Both the position numbers and the translations under genes were made by a program. Positions 20,226 to 30,243 of a stretch of DNA of 64,000 bases are shown here, in pieces; the stretch's first letter is position 1, and the number at the start of each line of letters is the position of its first letter. Where the stretch lies: the IMG/VR virus record IMGVR_UViG_3300042566_001780, positions 62,001 through 126,000 of that record; one strand, written 5' to 3'. The notes beneath the pieces were generated by a model. It was given only the letters and a program-made list of their open reading frames with translations. It ran no database searches and had not been told where the DNA came from.

Positions 20226-20419
20226 TCAAGTCTTTCTGCAGAAAATTCACATCCGCATGGTGTGTTCAACATGTCAGCTAAGCTAGATTTTGGAGTAATC
20301 TTGTCTTCTTCTTTGCAAGTTTTGCAAATAAAACTATAGAGAAGACGACCCAGATCTTTTTCGTGTCCTACCACATCCCAACCAGGATCAGACATTTTCG
20401 AGAGTTCAAATTTCGCCAT
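20222..20419 (-). CDS. small Cys-rich hypothetical protein
   Basis: CxxC..CGC; TAGAAT 5 nt before the ATG. Confidence 0.55.
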   Translation of the reverse strand: MAKFELSKMSDPGWDVVGHEKDLGRLLYSFICKTCKEEDKITPKSSLADMLNTPCGCEFSAERLE

Positions 20420-20444
20420 GATGAATTCTACACCTTTCTTGATC

Positions 20445-22013
20445 TTAGAGACGAACTAATTTGTGGTTGCCACAATCGAGCAACTTGATGAACTTGTTCC
20501 TACGCATGTTCTCATCTTCAGTGACATTTGGATCGAATGATTCTCCAAGCAATTCTGGAAGCTTGCTCTTCATCGATTCATAACGTGTCACGATCCCAAA
20601 TCTCGGATGGAACCAAGAATAGCCAGGTTGAGTTTGCTTGACGTGGTTGAATCCAGATGCCAAATAACCAGCACCATTTGAAAACCGAGCATCAGCATAA
20701 GTCAAAATTGGACCATCTACTAAGCTCATCAATTTGCTAACACCACCACGAACACTAACATTTTCTTTGAAGCACATCCTGAGCAGTTCAAGCCCTTCAA
20801 ATTTCTCGAACCTAGGTTTCCCAAAGGTGGCTACTCCAACTAATTCATTTTTGAAGAACAATCCCAACTTCAAACTAGATCGGCATGAACCTTGCAAATG
20901 GTAAGTTTCCAAAAAATCTGAACTAGTTTGAAGATCAATTTCTCTCACTTCACACTGTCTTGCATTCAACTTTCGTTCAGCTTTTCCCAACTTGGACCTA
21001 ATTATAGATTTGATAATGGATTGCTTTTCACTCCATTCATAATCCCAAATGTGAATGACTTGCACTCCTGCTTTTTCTGCCATTAATGATTTCTCAAGCA
21101 AGCCAATTTTGCCAGATTCATCATGATGCCAATAGACACCATTCATCTCTATTGCGATGTTTTTCTCGGGGATGACAATATCAAGTTCTTTTGGTGCTAT
21201 GATTTTTCGGTCATTTCTTAAACATTCAAAACCCAAAGAGCTAACAAAAGAAAATAGCTCTTTTTCAGGTTTAGATTGCCCGCAACATCCAGGGCATCTT
21301 AGCTTTTCAAATAATCCTAAATTGAACTCATGCCCACACTCATGCTTAACTTTAACAAAATCACTTGTTAAGTTGATAATGTCAAATTCTTGTTGAACTC
21401 GATTTATGAATTTTTGCAGTTGAATCTCATGTAATTTTGGCAACAAGATTGATGAGGACCAGGAGCAGGAGCTTTCTGCCCCGTACCGGCTCATCATAGT
21501 AGAACGCATTTTTGCATTTAGCTCAGCAGATTCGGTAGTGAAACCCCCAAACTTTTCTTGCATTGTAGAAGCAATTTGCTTTCTTATTGCTGCAACTTTT
21601 AGCGGGTGATCAACACCATAACGAGATAAGCATGTTTCTTTAGTCTTTGCTCTATGCAGTTCTGTCTTTGCAAAATTGTCTGCACCATACCGTGAAACCA
21701 TAGTAGAAGCTGATTTCTGCCTAACTTCCTCAACTGCCAATGTACTTCTCACCCCATAACGCTCTACACACGTAGATTCAATGGAGTTGAGTCTCTTCTC
21801 TTTCACCCTCTTCGAAGATGAAGCACACTCAGCAGAACAAAAATCCCGATAGCCTTTCATGAAGGAAAGAAAAGCCGTCTTCCTTCCACATTCACAAACT
21901 TTTTCTGAAATGCCGTTCAACGCAACATAAATGAGTTCAGAAACCGTGTCAAACTTTCCATGAACCTTCTCTAGTTCATTAATCAATTCTTTGTTTCTAG
22001 AAGCGGATGCCAT
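20445..22013 (-). mobile_element. Hef-like homing endonuclease (repeats, Vsr-like nuclease, GNAT-like domain)
   Basis: TCxxRYG repeats; ELDIVIP..AIEMNGVYWH; ELLRMCF..GGVSKL..TYADARF. Confidence 0.8.
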
Positions 22014-22095
22014 CTTAGCATTGAAGACTCATCTTTGAATGCTGCATCTATTATGTTCTGTCTGTTCATTTTGATTTTAGCCAGTATTGAAATTG

Positions 22096-22103
22096 TATTT
22101 ATA
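22096..22103 (-). promoter_or_regulatory. T4-type late promoter TATAAATA
   Basis: Exact consensus, upstream of the Hef-like endonuclease. Confidence 0.65.
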
Positions 22104-22108
22104 CCAGC

Positions 22109-22116
22109 TATAAATA
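22109..22116 (+). promoter_or_regulatory. T4-type late promoter TATAAATA
   Basis: Exact consensus 30 nt before the terL start. Confidence 0.75.
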
Positions 22117-22146
22117 GATTATCATATCACCATTTGAAATGTAAAG

Positions 22147-22512
22147 ATGGCTAAAAATCCAGGTTTAAAACGCGCTCATGAAACCGATGAGTATACCCAA
22201 GAAATGATTATGGAATTACAGAAGTGTTCTGTAGATCCAATTTATTTCATGGAGAAATATGTAAAAGTGCAACACCCCGTAAAGGGATCTGTGCCATTTG
22301 TTCTTTATGACTACCAAAAAGAAATGGTAATGGGGATACATGAGAATAGATCTACAATTTTGCTCCTGAGTCGCCAACTGGGAAAGTGTTTTTTTGGGTC
22401 CACAAAACTGCTAAATATTGTTAAGCCAACGGGCTTTAAAAAATATTTACTTAAGTTATTGGACAAGGAAACATATGACAACTTATTTCGCCCAAGCTCT
22501 ACAGAAGAATAA
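22147..22512 (+). CDS. terL: terminase large subunit part 1 (80 aa) plus split intein 1 N-fragment (41 aa, from 22387)
   Basis: DPIYF..LYDYQ..SRQLGK followed by intein block A CFFGST. Confidence 0.9.
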   Translation: MAKNPGLKRAHETDEYTQEMIMELQKCSVDPIYFMEKYVKVQHPVKGSVPFVLYDYQKEMVMGIHENRSTILLLSRQLGKCFFGSTKLLNIVKPTGFKKYLLKLLDKETYDNLFRPSSTEE

Positions 22513-23572
22513 AACCAAAACTCTTTTCACCAATTTGAATAAATGCCCAGTCTGCGAATCTACATTTTCAGATAATGAAGGTCATGGCAAATTTTGCTCT
22601 AAAGCGTGCTCTTCTAAAATAGAAAAGATGTGCATAATTTGCAATAAGAAAATTATTAGCAAAAAGCCTGACAAATTTTGCTCTAAGGCATGTCGTGATG
22701 TACCTGGCAAAATTAAACTAAACGAAAAGAGAAAAGCTGAAGGCGGAGTGCAATGTCTTATTTGCGGGGATTATGGTAAATCATTAGCATTACATCTTAA
22801 GAAACTCCATAACATTAGTGCTGAAGATTATCGAAATCAGTATGGTGGTAAAACAGTATGTGAATCTACTTCCACTAAGCTTTCTGAATTAACATCTGGA
22901 GAAAACAATCCATGGTATAACCACGGTGGTACTATTTCTCCATTCTCCAAGAACAACAAAAAGTTCATTGGTCTTTCTGAAGAAGAAAAACAGCAGAAGG
23001 TTAATGAAGCAGTTGATGCTTATATCAAAACTACCCCAAAAGAAAATCGTCCGATGAATGTTGAGTATTGGATCAAACGCGGTATGACTGAGGAAGAAGC
23101 AAAAGCACAAGTTTCTAAAAGACAAACTACTTTCAGCTTAGAGAAATGTATTGAGCGCTATGGTGAAGAAGCAGGTAAAGCTCGTTGGCAAGAACGGCAA
23201 GAAAAATGGCACAAAAATTATAAAAAGAGCAATTACAGCCAAGTCTCCCAAAGATTATTCTTTAACCTAGTTGAAGAATATCCTGATGCTATGTTTGCTG
23301 AGCACGGTTCTGAATTTGTCTTTAGGACCAAAACGGGATCAGTTTTCAAATTAGATTTTTGGGTACCATCTTCTAAACATTTGATTGAATTTGATGGTGA
23401 CTATTGGCATGGAAAACGAGATGCAATCGCAAACCCTAATAGGTCAGCTAATAGAGATAAACAAATTTTAGAAACAGATAGTGAAATAAAAATCTTACAC
23501 GTCAAAGAGCGCGATTTCTACAAGGATCCAGAAGGAACAATCCAAAAATGCAAAGACTTCTTAAAAACTTAA
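22475..23572 (+). mobile_element. free-standing Vsr-like homing endonuclease inside fractured terL
   Basis: Zn-finger repeats, KRQTTFSLEKCIERYG, LDFW..IEFDGDYWH; AAGGA RBS; CTAAATA at 22411. Confidence 0.8.
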
Positions 23573-24642
23573 AGCAGCGTCTTATTGATTGGTGCTTGCA
23601 GAAACAAGAAATTACCATCAAAGAACTTTTTCAATCATCAAATCCTTACCAAGTTTCCATTGATGATCTTACTGGAAATTTGAAATTTGTCCAAGAAGGC
23701 CATACTGAACGGTTAGTCCAAACTCCAACAGGCTGGGCACCTATCAAACGAGTTCTCCAAACTGTGCCATATCAAGCATGGCAATTGCGTGTTGATAGTT
23801 TAGAACCATTGATTGCAGCAGATGAGCATATCATTATGACTGAATCTGGCGAAAAATGGATGAAGGACTTATCACCCGGAGATTTAGTTCATACTATTAA
23901 TGGACTAAAGCCCGTTGAATCTATTCAAAATTTGGATAGATATGAAACTATGTATGACTTGGAATTAGATGACGATGGTCACGTCTTCTACACCAATGGT
24001 ATTTTGAGCCATAATACGACAGTAGCAGCCATGTATATTCTATGGTTTGCTACATTTCATGCGGCAAAAAGATGTGTCATTGCATCTAAAGCAATGAACC
24101 ATGCTGTGGAAATTATGTCTCGTATTAAATTTGCTTACGAGGAATTGCCGAGCTGGATTAAAAGTGGCTGTACCTTCTATAATAGAACTAGTATCGAATT
24201 TTCAAATAAATCTGTCATCGTTTCTGAGGCAACATCAGAGAAAACAGGTCGAGGTTCTTCGCCATCTATTATTTTCCTTGATGAGATTGCGTTTATTTCG
24301 CGCAGAATTCAAGAAGAAATGTGGAGTTCTTTAACTCCAGCATTAAGTACGGGCGGCAAATTTATTGTAACCTCTACACCTAATGGAGATTCTGATCTAT
24401 TTGCTACATTATGGCGTGGAGCAAATGCTGGTACAAATGGTTTTACGCCAATGCAGTTCTTATGGTGGCGCCATCCTGATCGAGATCAGGCTTATTATGA
24501 CGATATGGTTGGGAAACTCGGGCCGGTAAAATCCGCCCAAGAGTTAAACTGTGCCTCATATGACACTCTATTAGACACTTCTATAGGTAATTTAACTATT
24601 GAAGAGTTGTATACGCGGTTGTGCGGCAATCAGGGAGAGTAA
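23548..24642 (+). CDS. terL: intein 1 C-fragment (156 aa), terminase part 2 (178 aa), intein 2 N-fragment (30 aa)
   Basis: MYDLE..NGILSHN/TTV; Walker B IIFLDE; STPNG; AQELN/CASYDT. Confidence 0.9.
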   Translation: MQRLLKNLKQRLIDWCLQKQEITIKELFQSSNPYQVSIDDLTGNLKFVQEGHTERLVQTPTGWAPIKRVLQTVPYQAWQLRVDSLEPLIAADEHIIMTESGEKWMKDLSPGDLVHTINGLKPVESIQNLDRYETMYDLELDDDGHVFYTNGILSHNTTVAAMYILWFATFHAAKRCVIASKAMNHAVEIMSRIKFAYEELPSWIKSGCTFYNRTSIEFSNKSVIVSEATSEKTGRGSSPSIIFLDEIAFISRRIQEEMWSSLTPALSTGGKFIVTSTPNGDSDLFATLWRGANAGTNGFTPMQFLWWRHPDRDQAYYDDMVGKLGPVKSAQELNCASYDTLLDTSIGNLTIEELYTRLCGNQGE

Positions 24643-24644
24643 GT

Positions 24645-25751
24645 ATGGCATCAAATCAAACAATTGCACTCAATTATGAAGGCGTTAAAGTTCTTACCCC
24701 AACTGGTTATCAGTATTTTACTGGTATAAGCAGATCCTGGCATGAAGAAATTATTGAGATAAAGACGGCAAATAGAAGTATTAAAGCCGGAGTAAAGCAT
24801 AAATTCTTAACTTTAGATGGTTGGGTCCAATCTAGAGATTTAAAAGTTGGCGATGCTTTAGTCAATAATCAATGTGAAGATGAATGCATTACTGAAATAA
24901 ACATCTTAGCTGAACCTCAGTGGATGTATGACTTATTAGATGTTGAGTCCGGTAATACATATGTAGCTAATGGGCTTATTTGTCATAATTGCGAGTTTCT
25001 CTCAAGCGATGCGCTGCTAATTAGCTCGGTAAAGCTGCATCAAATCAAATATGAAAAGCCTATTTTTGAATCAATGGGATTTAAATTTTGGGTACCAGAA
25101 GAAGCGCTTGGTGGTAAAGGCAAAATATATCTAGTAGGTTTAGATCCAGCTACTGGGGGCGGGAATGATTTTTCTGTTATCGAAATATTTGATTTTCCTG
25201 GGTTAAATCAAATTGGAGAATTTCGCTCTAATGAAATCAACATTCCATTATTGTATGCTAAACTGTCGTGGATTTTAAAGAAGCTTACAGCCAATGTCAA
25301 TGGTGGCATTGCTGAAGTATCATGGACATTTGAGCGTAATGGCATTGGCGAAGCGATTGGTGCGTTATACTTTAATGATGAGAAACAAGTTGAAGAAGCA
25401 GATTTGTTTAATGATCATCATACAAAGTTTGGGGTGTATACAACTGGAAAAACGAAGATTTTGAATTGTTTGCAGTTGAAGACACTGGTTGAAAAGATCC
25501 ATAATGGTTTGAACATCAAGAGCGAACTGCTTATACATGAACTGAAGAACTTTGTGGCAAAGGGTGGTGGGTATGAGGCCAAGTCGGGTTCTACGGATGA
25601 CGCGGTGATGGCGACGATCTTGATCATGCGGTTGCTAAAGCGGCTTTCAGAGTATAATGAAGAAGCTTTTTCAACAGTCCATGAGTACGTTGACCCGAAT
25701 GCCGACATACCTGCAGAAGATTCTGATTCACCTCTGCCAATAATTCTATGA
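24645..25751 (+). CDS. terL: intein 2 C-fragment (115 aa) plus terminase nuclease domain (253 aa)
   Basis: GGGAG RBS; MYDLL..NGLICHN/CEFLSS; GLDPATG, FERN, DDAVMA. Confidence 0.9.
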   Translation: MASNQTIALNYEGVKVLTPTGYQYFTGISRSWHEEIIEIKTANRSIKAGVKHKFLTLDGWVQSRDLKVGDALVNNQCEDECITEINILAEPQWMYDLLDVESGNTYVANGLICHNCEFLSSDALLISSVKLHQIKYEKPIFESMGFKFWVPEEALGGKGKIYLVGLDPATGGGNDFSVIEIFDFPGLNQIGEFRSNEINIPLLYAKLSWILKKLTANVNGGIAEVSWTFERNGIGEAIGALYFNDEKQVEEADLFNDHHTKFGVYTTGKTKILNCLQLKTLVEKIHNGLNIKSELLIHELKNFVAKGGGYEAKSGSTDDAVMATILIMRLLKRLSEYNEEAFSTVHEYVDPNADIPAEDSDSPLPIIL

Positions 25752-26071
25752 GCACACTATCCATGTGGGAAATTCTTGTTCCCACTCTTCGTCGAGTCGA
25801 TGGGAAACCGTATCGCACTCGCTACCATCGCATATGGGATGAGAAAGTTCGGTCCATCACTGGTGGGTTGACGATCTTGACCCCAGCAAAAGGTCAGTGG
25901 GTAGCACCATGTGGACAACTCTATTCTGAGCGAATGATTCCAGTTCGGATCATGGCTACTCGTGAGCAGATTGAGCAAATTATTGATCACACGATCGTCT
26001 ACTATGATCAGCTTGCCGTTCTTTGTTATAGAATTAGCGATGAAGTTATTATGCGTTACGCAGAGGAATGA
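25748..26071 (+). CDS. hypothetical protein
   Basis: Coupled ORF; GGLTILTPAKGQW. Confidence 0.6.
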   Translation: MSTLSMWEILVPTLRRVDGKPYRTRYHRIWDEKVRSITGGLTILTPAKGQWVAPCGQLYSERMIPVRIMATREQIEQIIDHTIVYYDQLAVLCYRISDEVIMRYAEE

Positions 26072-26074
26072 AGT

Positions 26075-26269
26075 ATGAGTCAAAATCTGCGCACTGTCAA
26101 AAAGAAGCAAGGTGATGAATGGATCACTGTTCGATTGGAGAACGTCTCAATTGGTGATACCTTTATCATGCTAGATGATGGCGTTCGATTTGGTGATGAA
26201 TGGATTGCTATGTCTGAACCTACTCTTCGAGACGGGATTTGGGGAATCAATGCAAAAGCAAAGGAATAA
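26075..26269 (+). CDS. hypothetical protein
   Basis: Short ORF in operon. Confidence 0.5.
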   Translation: MSQNLRTVKKKQGDEWITVRLENVSIGDTFIMLDDGVRFGDEWIAMSEPTLRDGIWGINAKAKE

Positions 26270-26272
26270 AGA

Positions 26273-26557
26273 ATGAATTTTCCAGATCTAGTGAATGGTG
26301 GATTTGAGGCTTGTGCCTCAATTTTCATTTTGAACCACTGCAGAGTTTTGTGGAAATCAAAACAAGCAAACGGTGTTTCTGTAGTAAGCACCATGTTCTT
26401 TTTGGCATGGGGATTGTGGAATCTTTTCTACTATCCTCATCTTGGTCAAATGTTTAGCTTCTACGCGGGAATTGCAGTAGTGCTAGCAAACTTGATTTGG
26501 ATTGGGTTCATCCTCAAGATTCGCATGATGGAAAAGAAAAATGTACTGGGAAGATGA
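26273..26557 (+). CDS. small three-TM membrane protein, PQ-loop/SemiSWEET-like
   Basis: KQANGVS..WGLWNLFYY, three hydrophobic helices. Confidence 0.5.
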   Translation: MNFPDLVNGGFEACASIFILNHCRVLWKSKQANGVSVVSTMFFLAWGLWNLFYYPHLGQMFSFYAGIAVVLANLIWIGFILKIRMMEKKNVLGR

Positions 26558-26789
26558 AGAGGATGAAGTTCCACAATTCAATCATGAGCTTCGAGCTGCA
26601 GCAGAAGAGGGCATTGAATGGTTGTCTGGTGGAAAAAGAAAAGCGCCAATGATGAAGGGCCGCGCTGATGGTTCTTGTGGTGTTTGTGAAAAGCCAGTTG
26701 AAGCTAGATCAGGTAACAAATTCTATTGTTTGAATTGTCAATCTTATGGTTATGTTCGCATGTGGTATGCTGCAGATCCAGATCTGTAA
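26541..26789 (+). CDS. zinc-ribbon hypothetical protein
   Basis: CGVC..CLNC. Confidence 0.5.
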   Translation: MYWEDEEDEVPQFNHELRAAAEEGIEWLSGGKRKAPMMKGRADGSCGVCEKPVEARSGNKFYCLNCQSYGYVRMWYAADPDL

Positions 26790-26831
26790 CTAAAACTGTT
26801 ACACTTTTCTTGGTGAGGTTGAACGTTTTTA

Positions 26832-26848
26832 GTGTACAATTCATCCAT
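26832..26848 (+). promoter_or_regulatory. early promoter -10/start motif GTGTACAATTCATCCAT
   Basis: Same motif at 30010, 50510, 62791 and 20417-20434 (minus). Confidence 0.6.
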
Positions 26849-26874
26849 CGCAACATCAACTTCACATAAACATC

Positions 26875-27318
26875 ATGTACTTCGAACTGGTCAAAGGTAA
26901 AGTCACTCAGGTATCTGAGAAAGCCCCCACTTACAAAGTTGACTGGACGTATGACACAAAAACTGGCACTGGTTGGACTTCTACTCGTGACATCAAGTCG
27001 TATGAAGAAACCATTCGTATCGCAGAAGAAATTTCTGCCCTGACGGAAAAGTTTCATCTGCCAGTTGATTGTGGTGATTGTGTCTATCCGCGGTATGATG
27101 TCATTCTTCCTCCTGCCATTGGTGACAAAGTCAGCCGCAGTTTCAACGGTGACACAACTCCCTGTGGTGAAATTGTAAAAATTACTCCTAAGTGGAGAAT
27201 TACAACCTCGGATGGTGTAAAATTCAATCGTGTGAAGAACACTGGAAGCTGGAAAGTTATTGGCGGCTATCAATCTTTGGTCAATGGACACTATCATGAA
27301 CGCAACCCTCACTTTTGA
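26875..27318 (+). CDS. early hypothetical protein
   Basis: ORF directly after the early motif. Confidence 0.65.
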   Translation: MYFELVKGKVTQVSEKAPTYKVDWTYDTKTGTGWTSTRDIKSYEETIRIAEEISALTEKFHLPVDCGDCVYPRYDVILPPAIGDKVSRSFNGDTTPCGEIVKITPKWRITTSDGVKFNRVKNTGSWKVIGGYQSLVNGHYHERNPHF

Positions 27319-27319
27319 A

Positions 27320-27547
27320 ATGACTGCAGACGAACTCAAATTCAAGCAACCCCGAAGCTTGATTTCTCGAATGATTGCTGGTTCTCTGACTAGCTATGTC
27401 AATGAACTTCGCGCTGAAGGCAAAGACAAAGAACATGTGCTGAAGCAAGCACTGTTTATGATCGAGTCCCACCGCAAGCATGTCGGTTTCACGACCGAGA
27501 CCCAAAAAGTTTTGAAGGAAAAAATCAATGAGCTCTTCGAAGGTTGA
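27320..27547 (+). CDS. hypothetical protein
   Basis: Likely start ATG 27320 in ORF 27260..27547. Confidence 0.5.
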   Translation: MTADELKFKQPRSLISRMIAGSLTSYVNELRAEGKDKEHVLKQALFMIESHRKHVGFTTETQKVLKEKINELFEG

Positions 27548-27869
27548 TCCTATGGTGAAAGCAATTGCTATTGAAGCTTTTGAAGCTGCAGCAGTCGCAA
27601 CCCAAAAGTACTTGGATGAAAATCCCGGTCAATGGTACCCTTGTGGTTTTGCATGGGTCAAAATCAAGCCAGCACGTGGAAAGTTGGTGTCTTACTTGAA
27701 GGAAGAAAAGCTGGGACGTACTGATGAGTTTGAAGGCGGTTTCAGCGTGTGGAATCCTTCTGGTCATGCTACTCAATGGATGGATGCAAAACGCGCCGGT
27801 GCAGTAGCATTTGCTGAAGTTCTGAAGAAGTATGGTATTAACGCCTTCGCTCAAACTCGGATTGATTGA
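27528..27869 (+). CDS. conserved phage hypothetical protein
   Basis: PCGFAWV..TQWMDAK..A.AFA motif. Confidence 0.65.
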   Translation: MSSSKVDPMVKAIAIEAFEAAAVATQKYLDENPGQWYPCGFAWVKIKPARGKLVSYLKEEKLGRTDEFEGGFSVWNPSGHATQWMDAKRAGAVAFAEVLKKYGINAFAQTRID

Positions 27870-28225
27870 TAATGAAAATCAAAGTCCTTGATCGAAGTGT
27901 GATGCTTGGGAATATGAGTGATCTTCACGGGATGACTCCTGAAGAAGTAGCAAACTATTTCCATTCAATCCACAAGGATTATGAAAAGGAAACGTTCAAT
28001 CAAGGCCATGAAGTGAAGATGCGCTTCATCTATGGTTACGGTGACATTGAATTGGAAATTTTCCGTCTTGAAACTGACAGAGAGTTTGAAAAACGAGTTG
28101 CAAAAATAAAGCGAGAAGCGGAAAAAGAAGCTCGCGAAAAAGAATTGCAAGCAAAGAAAAAAGAGGGTGCAGAGTACAAGACTTTCTTGCGGCTCAAGAA
28201 AAAATTTGAAGGCAGCGAAAAATGA
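27866..28225 (+). CDS. hypothetical protein
   Basis: RLETDREFEKR coiled coil ending LKKKFE. Confidence 0.6.
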   Translation: MIMKIKVLDRSVMLGNMSDLHGMTPEEVANYFHSIHKDYEKETFNQGHEVKMRFIYGYGDIELEIFRLETDREFEKRVAKIKREAEKEAREKELQAKKKEGAEYKTFLRLKKKFEGSEK

Positions 28226-28638
28226 AAAAAGATGTGTTAGAATTTGCAGAAGCTGCGGGAATTCGATACAACCACAAAACTGCGGCAAAGATCACAAAGT
28301 TTGCTCAGCTGATTTTAGCTGAGCTGATCAAAGAGATCAATGCACAACCCAATCCGCAAAATCTCAATTACAAACCTTCTGAGACCTATGCGTATTTGGT
28401 CCAAAATCATTTTGATCTTGAGATCAACGAATTCACTGGTGTAAAATTCTCGAAAGTTTCAAAGAACACTGATGTGATGACTTTGAAGGAATTTGAAGAA
28501 GCTTGCGAAATGATCATGTTCACTCAGGATGACGGTGATGGTTATTTCATGAAATCCGAAACTGAAGAATCAAACATTAGCGTGTGGGGTTATGAAACTC
28601 CATCTTGGGATACCCATGTAGCTTGGTACAACAAGTAA
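28222..28638 (+). CDS. three-helix paralog family domain fused to C-terminal FTxDDGDGY..VAWYNK domain
   Basis: KFAQLILAE..QNHFDLE followed by a second module. Confidence 0.55.
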   Translation: MKKDVLEFAEAAGIRYNHKTAAKITKFAQLILAELIKEINAQPNPQNLNYKPSETYAYLVQNHFDLEINEFTGVKFSKVSKNTDVMTLKEFEEACEMIMFTQDDGDGYFMKSETEESNISVWGYETPSWDTHVAWYNK

Positions 28639-28643
28639 TTATT

Positions 28644-29780
28644 ATGTCAAATTTCCTCTTTGATTTCTTTGCTGAGTTCATCAAAGGTCCTATCTGGAAA
28701 CAGATGGAAGAAACCGTTGAAAACAGCCCGTGGCATCGTGAAGCAAACGTTGCTACTCATACTTTGATGGTGGTTTCGTATTTCAATGACCACTTTGCTC
28801 ACAAGTACACTGCAAAGCAACAAATGATTGCCATGTTGGCTCTCCTGTTTCATGATACTGGGAAGCCTGAAGCAGAAGAAGAGCTGGAAAAAGCTGATGG
28901 TTCTGGAAAATATCGCCGGTATGCTGGTCATGAGCTCGAGTCTGCTCACGTTTTCATGGAACAATATTTGGCCTCTTCATTGAAGGATCACTTGTCTGTC
29001 GAAGAAGCTCGTGCTATTCGTTGGATCATTGAGCATCATTTGCCCTATGGTTACAAAAACAAGCAGAAGCTTCAAGATCTGAAGAAGGCAACTATGTCGG
29101 CTCTTCATGCAGCAGATTGCCCAATGGGATTGTTCTATGATTGTCTGCGTGCTGATGCTCATGGCCGCATTAGCGATAACCATGAAGAGAAGCTGCAGAA
29201 CGTGGAAACTTGGATTTATTCTTTTCATGCTGTCACTTTTGAAGTTGGTGCAAAACGTCAGTATTCTGGAAAGATGTACATTTTGGTGGGCCCGTCGGGA
29301 TCAGGCAAGAGCACTTTTACTCAAGAGCTTTCGAAGAATCATGACGTTAGCGTCATCAATGATGATCAGATGAAGATGGATTTGTTCAGGAGCATCTTCG
29401 CTAATGACGCGCGATCTGATTTTGACATCTATGATGATGCATGGCAATATTGCACGATGGACCACAAACCAGAATATACGTTTTATCGCAACAAACAAAT
29501 CAGTGACATTGCATCAAATACTGCTAAAAACGGATCCGTTGTAGTTTGTGATATGGTCAATTCTTCTAAGAAACGCCGTGCGCAAATGGTAGATGTTGCC
29601 AAATGCCACGATCTGGATGTTGAGGTAGTTGAGTTTTGGGTTCCGCTTGATACCCTGCTTGCTCGACAGCAATCTCGGAGTGACAAGAGAGTCCCGGTTG
29701 ATTCCATCAAGAAACAATATAGCGCCATTCAACTTGCATGGTTGGGTGTCGAGTGCAACTCCGTAAAGGTGATTTCATGA
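28644..29780 (+). CDS. HD phosphohydrolase plus P-loop polynucleotide kinase (HD-Pnk-like)
   Basis: WHRE..HT, LFHDTGK, GHE, EHH; GPSGSGKS; RSDKRVP. Confidence 0.75.
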   Translation: MSNFLFDFFAEFIKGPIWKQMEETVENSPWHREANVATHTLMVVSYFNDHFAHKYTAKQQMIAMLALLFHDTGKPEAEEELEKADGSGKYRRYAGHELESAHVFMEQYLASSLKDHLSVEEARAIRWIIEHHLPYGYKNKQKLQDLKKATMSALHAADCPMGLFYDCLRADAHGRISDNHEEKLQNVETWIYSFHAVTFEVGAKRQYSGKMYILVGPSGSGKSTFTQELSKNHDVSVINDDQMKMDLFRSIFANDARSDFDIYDDAWQYCTMDHKPEYTFYRNKQISDIASNTAKNGSVVVCDMVNSSKKRRAQMVDVAKCHDLDVEVVEFWVPLDTLLARQQSRSDKRVPVDSIKKQYSAIQLAWLGVECNSVKVIS

Positions 29781-30051
29781 GTCAAAAAATGCAGCGAAGC
29801 TTTAGCCCCCGGTCTAAAGTCCTTCAAAAAATTTTGGCAAAGGGGCTTCATGCCCTTTTGTGCCATCATGAAGATGATGTTCTAGTCATTCATCATGTCC
29901 ATGATTCTTACAGTAAGCTTCAAGTTGAGTTTGAAATTCGCCATCACACCGGCAAAATTTCATTTGGCCGCAAAATTTTTGCAGGTTGATGGTTTTCAAC
30001 CTAGAATTGGTGTACAATTCATTCATGTTTAACACCAACTGAGATTCTGAA

Positions 30052-30243
30052 ATGATTGCTCAAACTTCTGGAATTCGCAAAGGCTATTTGGTGAAAGCCG
30101 AAGACATCAAGCATGAAGGTCGACTTTCTACTGAAGATATTCAGGACATTGACCACAAATTGGTGTTTGAATGGGTGAAGACTGGTCAGTGGAAACGCCA
30201 TGACTTTGAAAAGTGGCTGAAGGCAATTCGCGTCATTGAATAA
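30052..30243 (+). CDS. hypothetical protein
   Basis: VFEWVKTGQW motif; follows the early promoter at 30010. Confidence 0.55.
   Translation: MIAQTSGIRKGYLVKAEDIKHEGRLSTEDIQDIDHKLVFEWVKTGQWKRHDFEKWLKAIRVIE

Noticed and set aside
22387-24015. Group I intron as the explanation for the terL and uvsX interruptions
   Set aside because: Breakpoints carry intein residues (Cys1, HN followed by T/C/S) and the inserts are fully protein-coding, leaving no room for a ribozyme core
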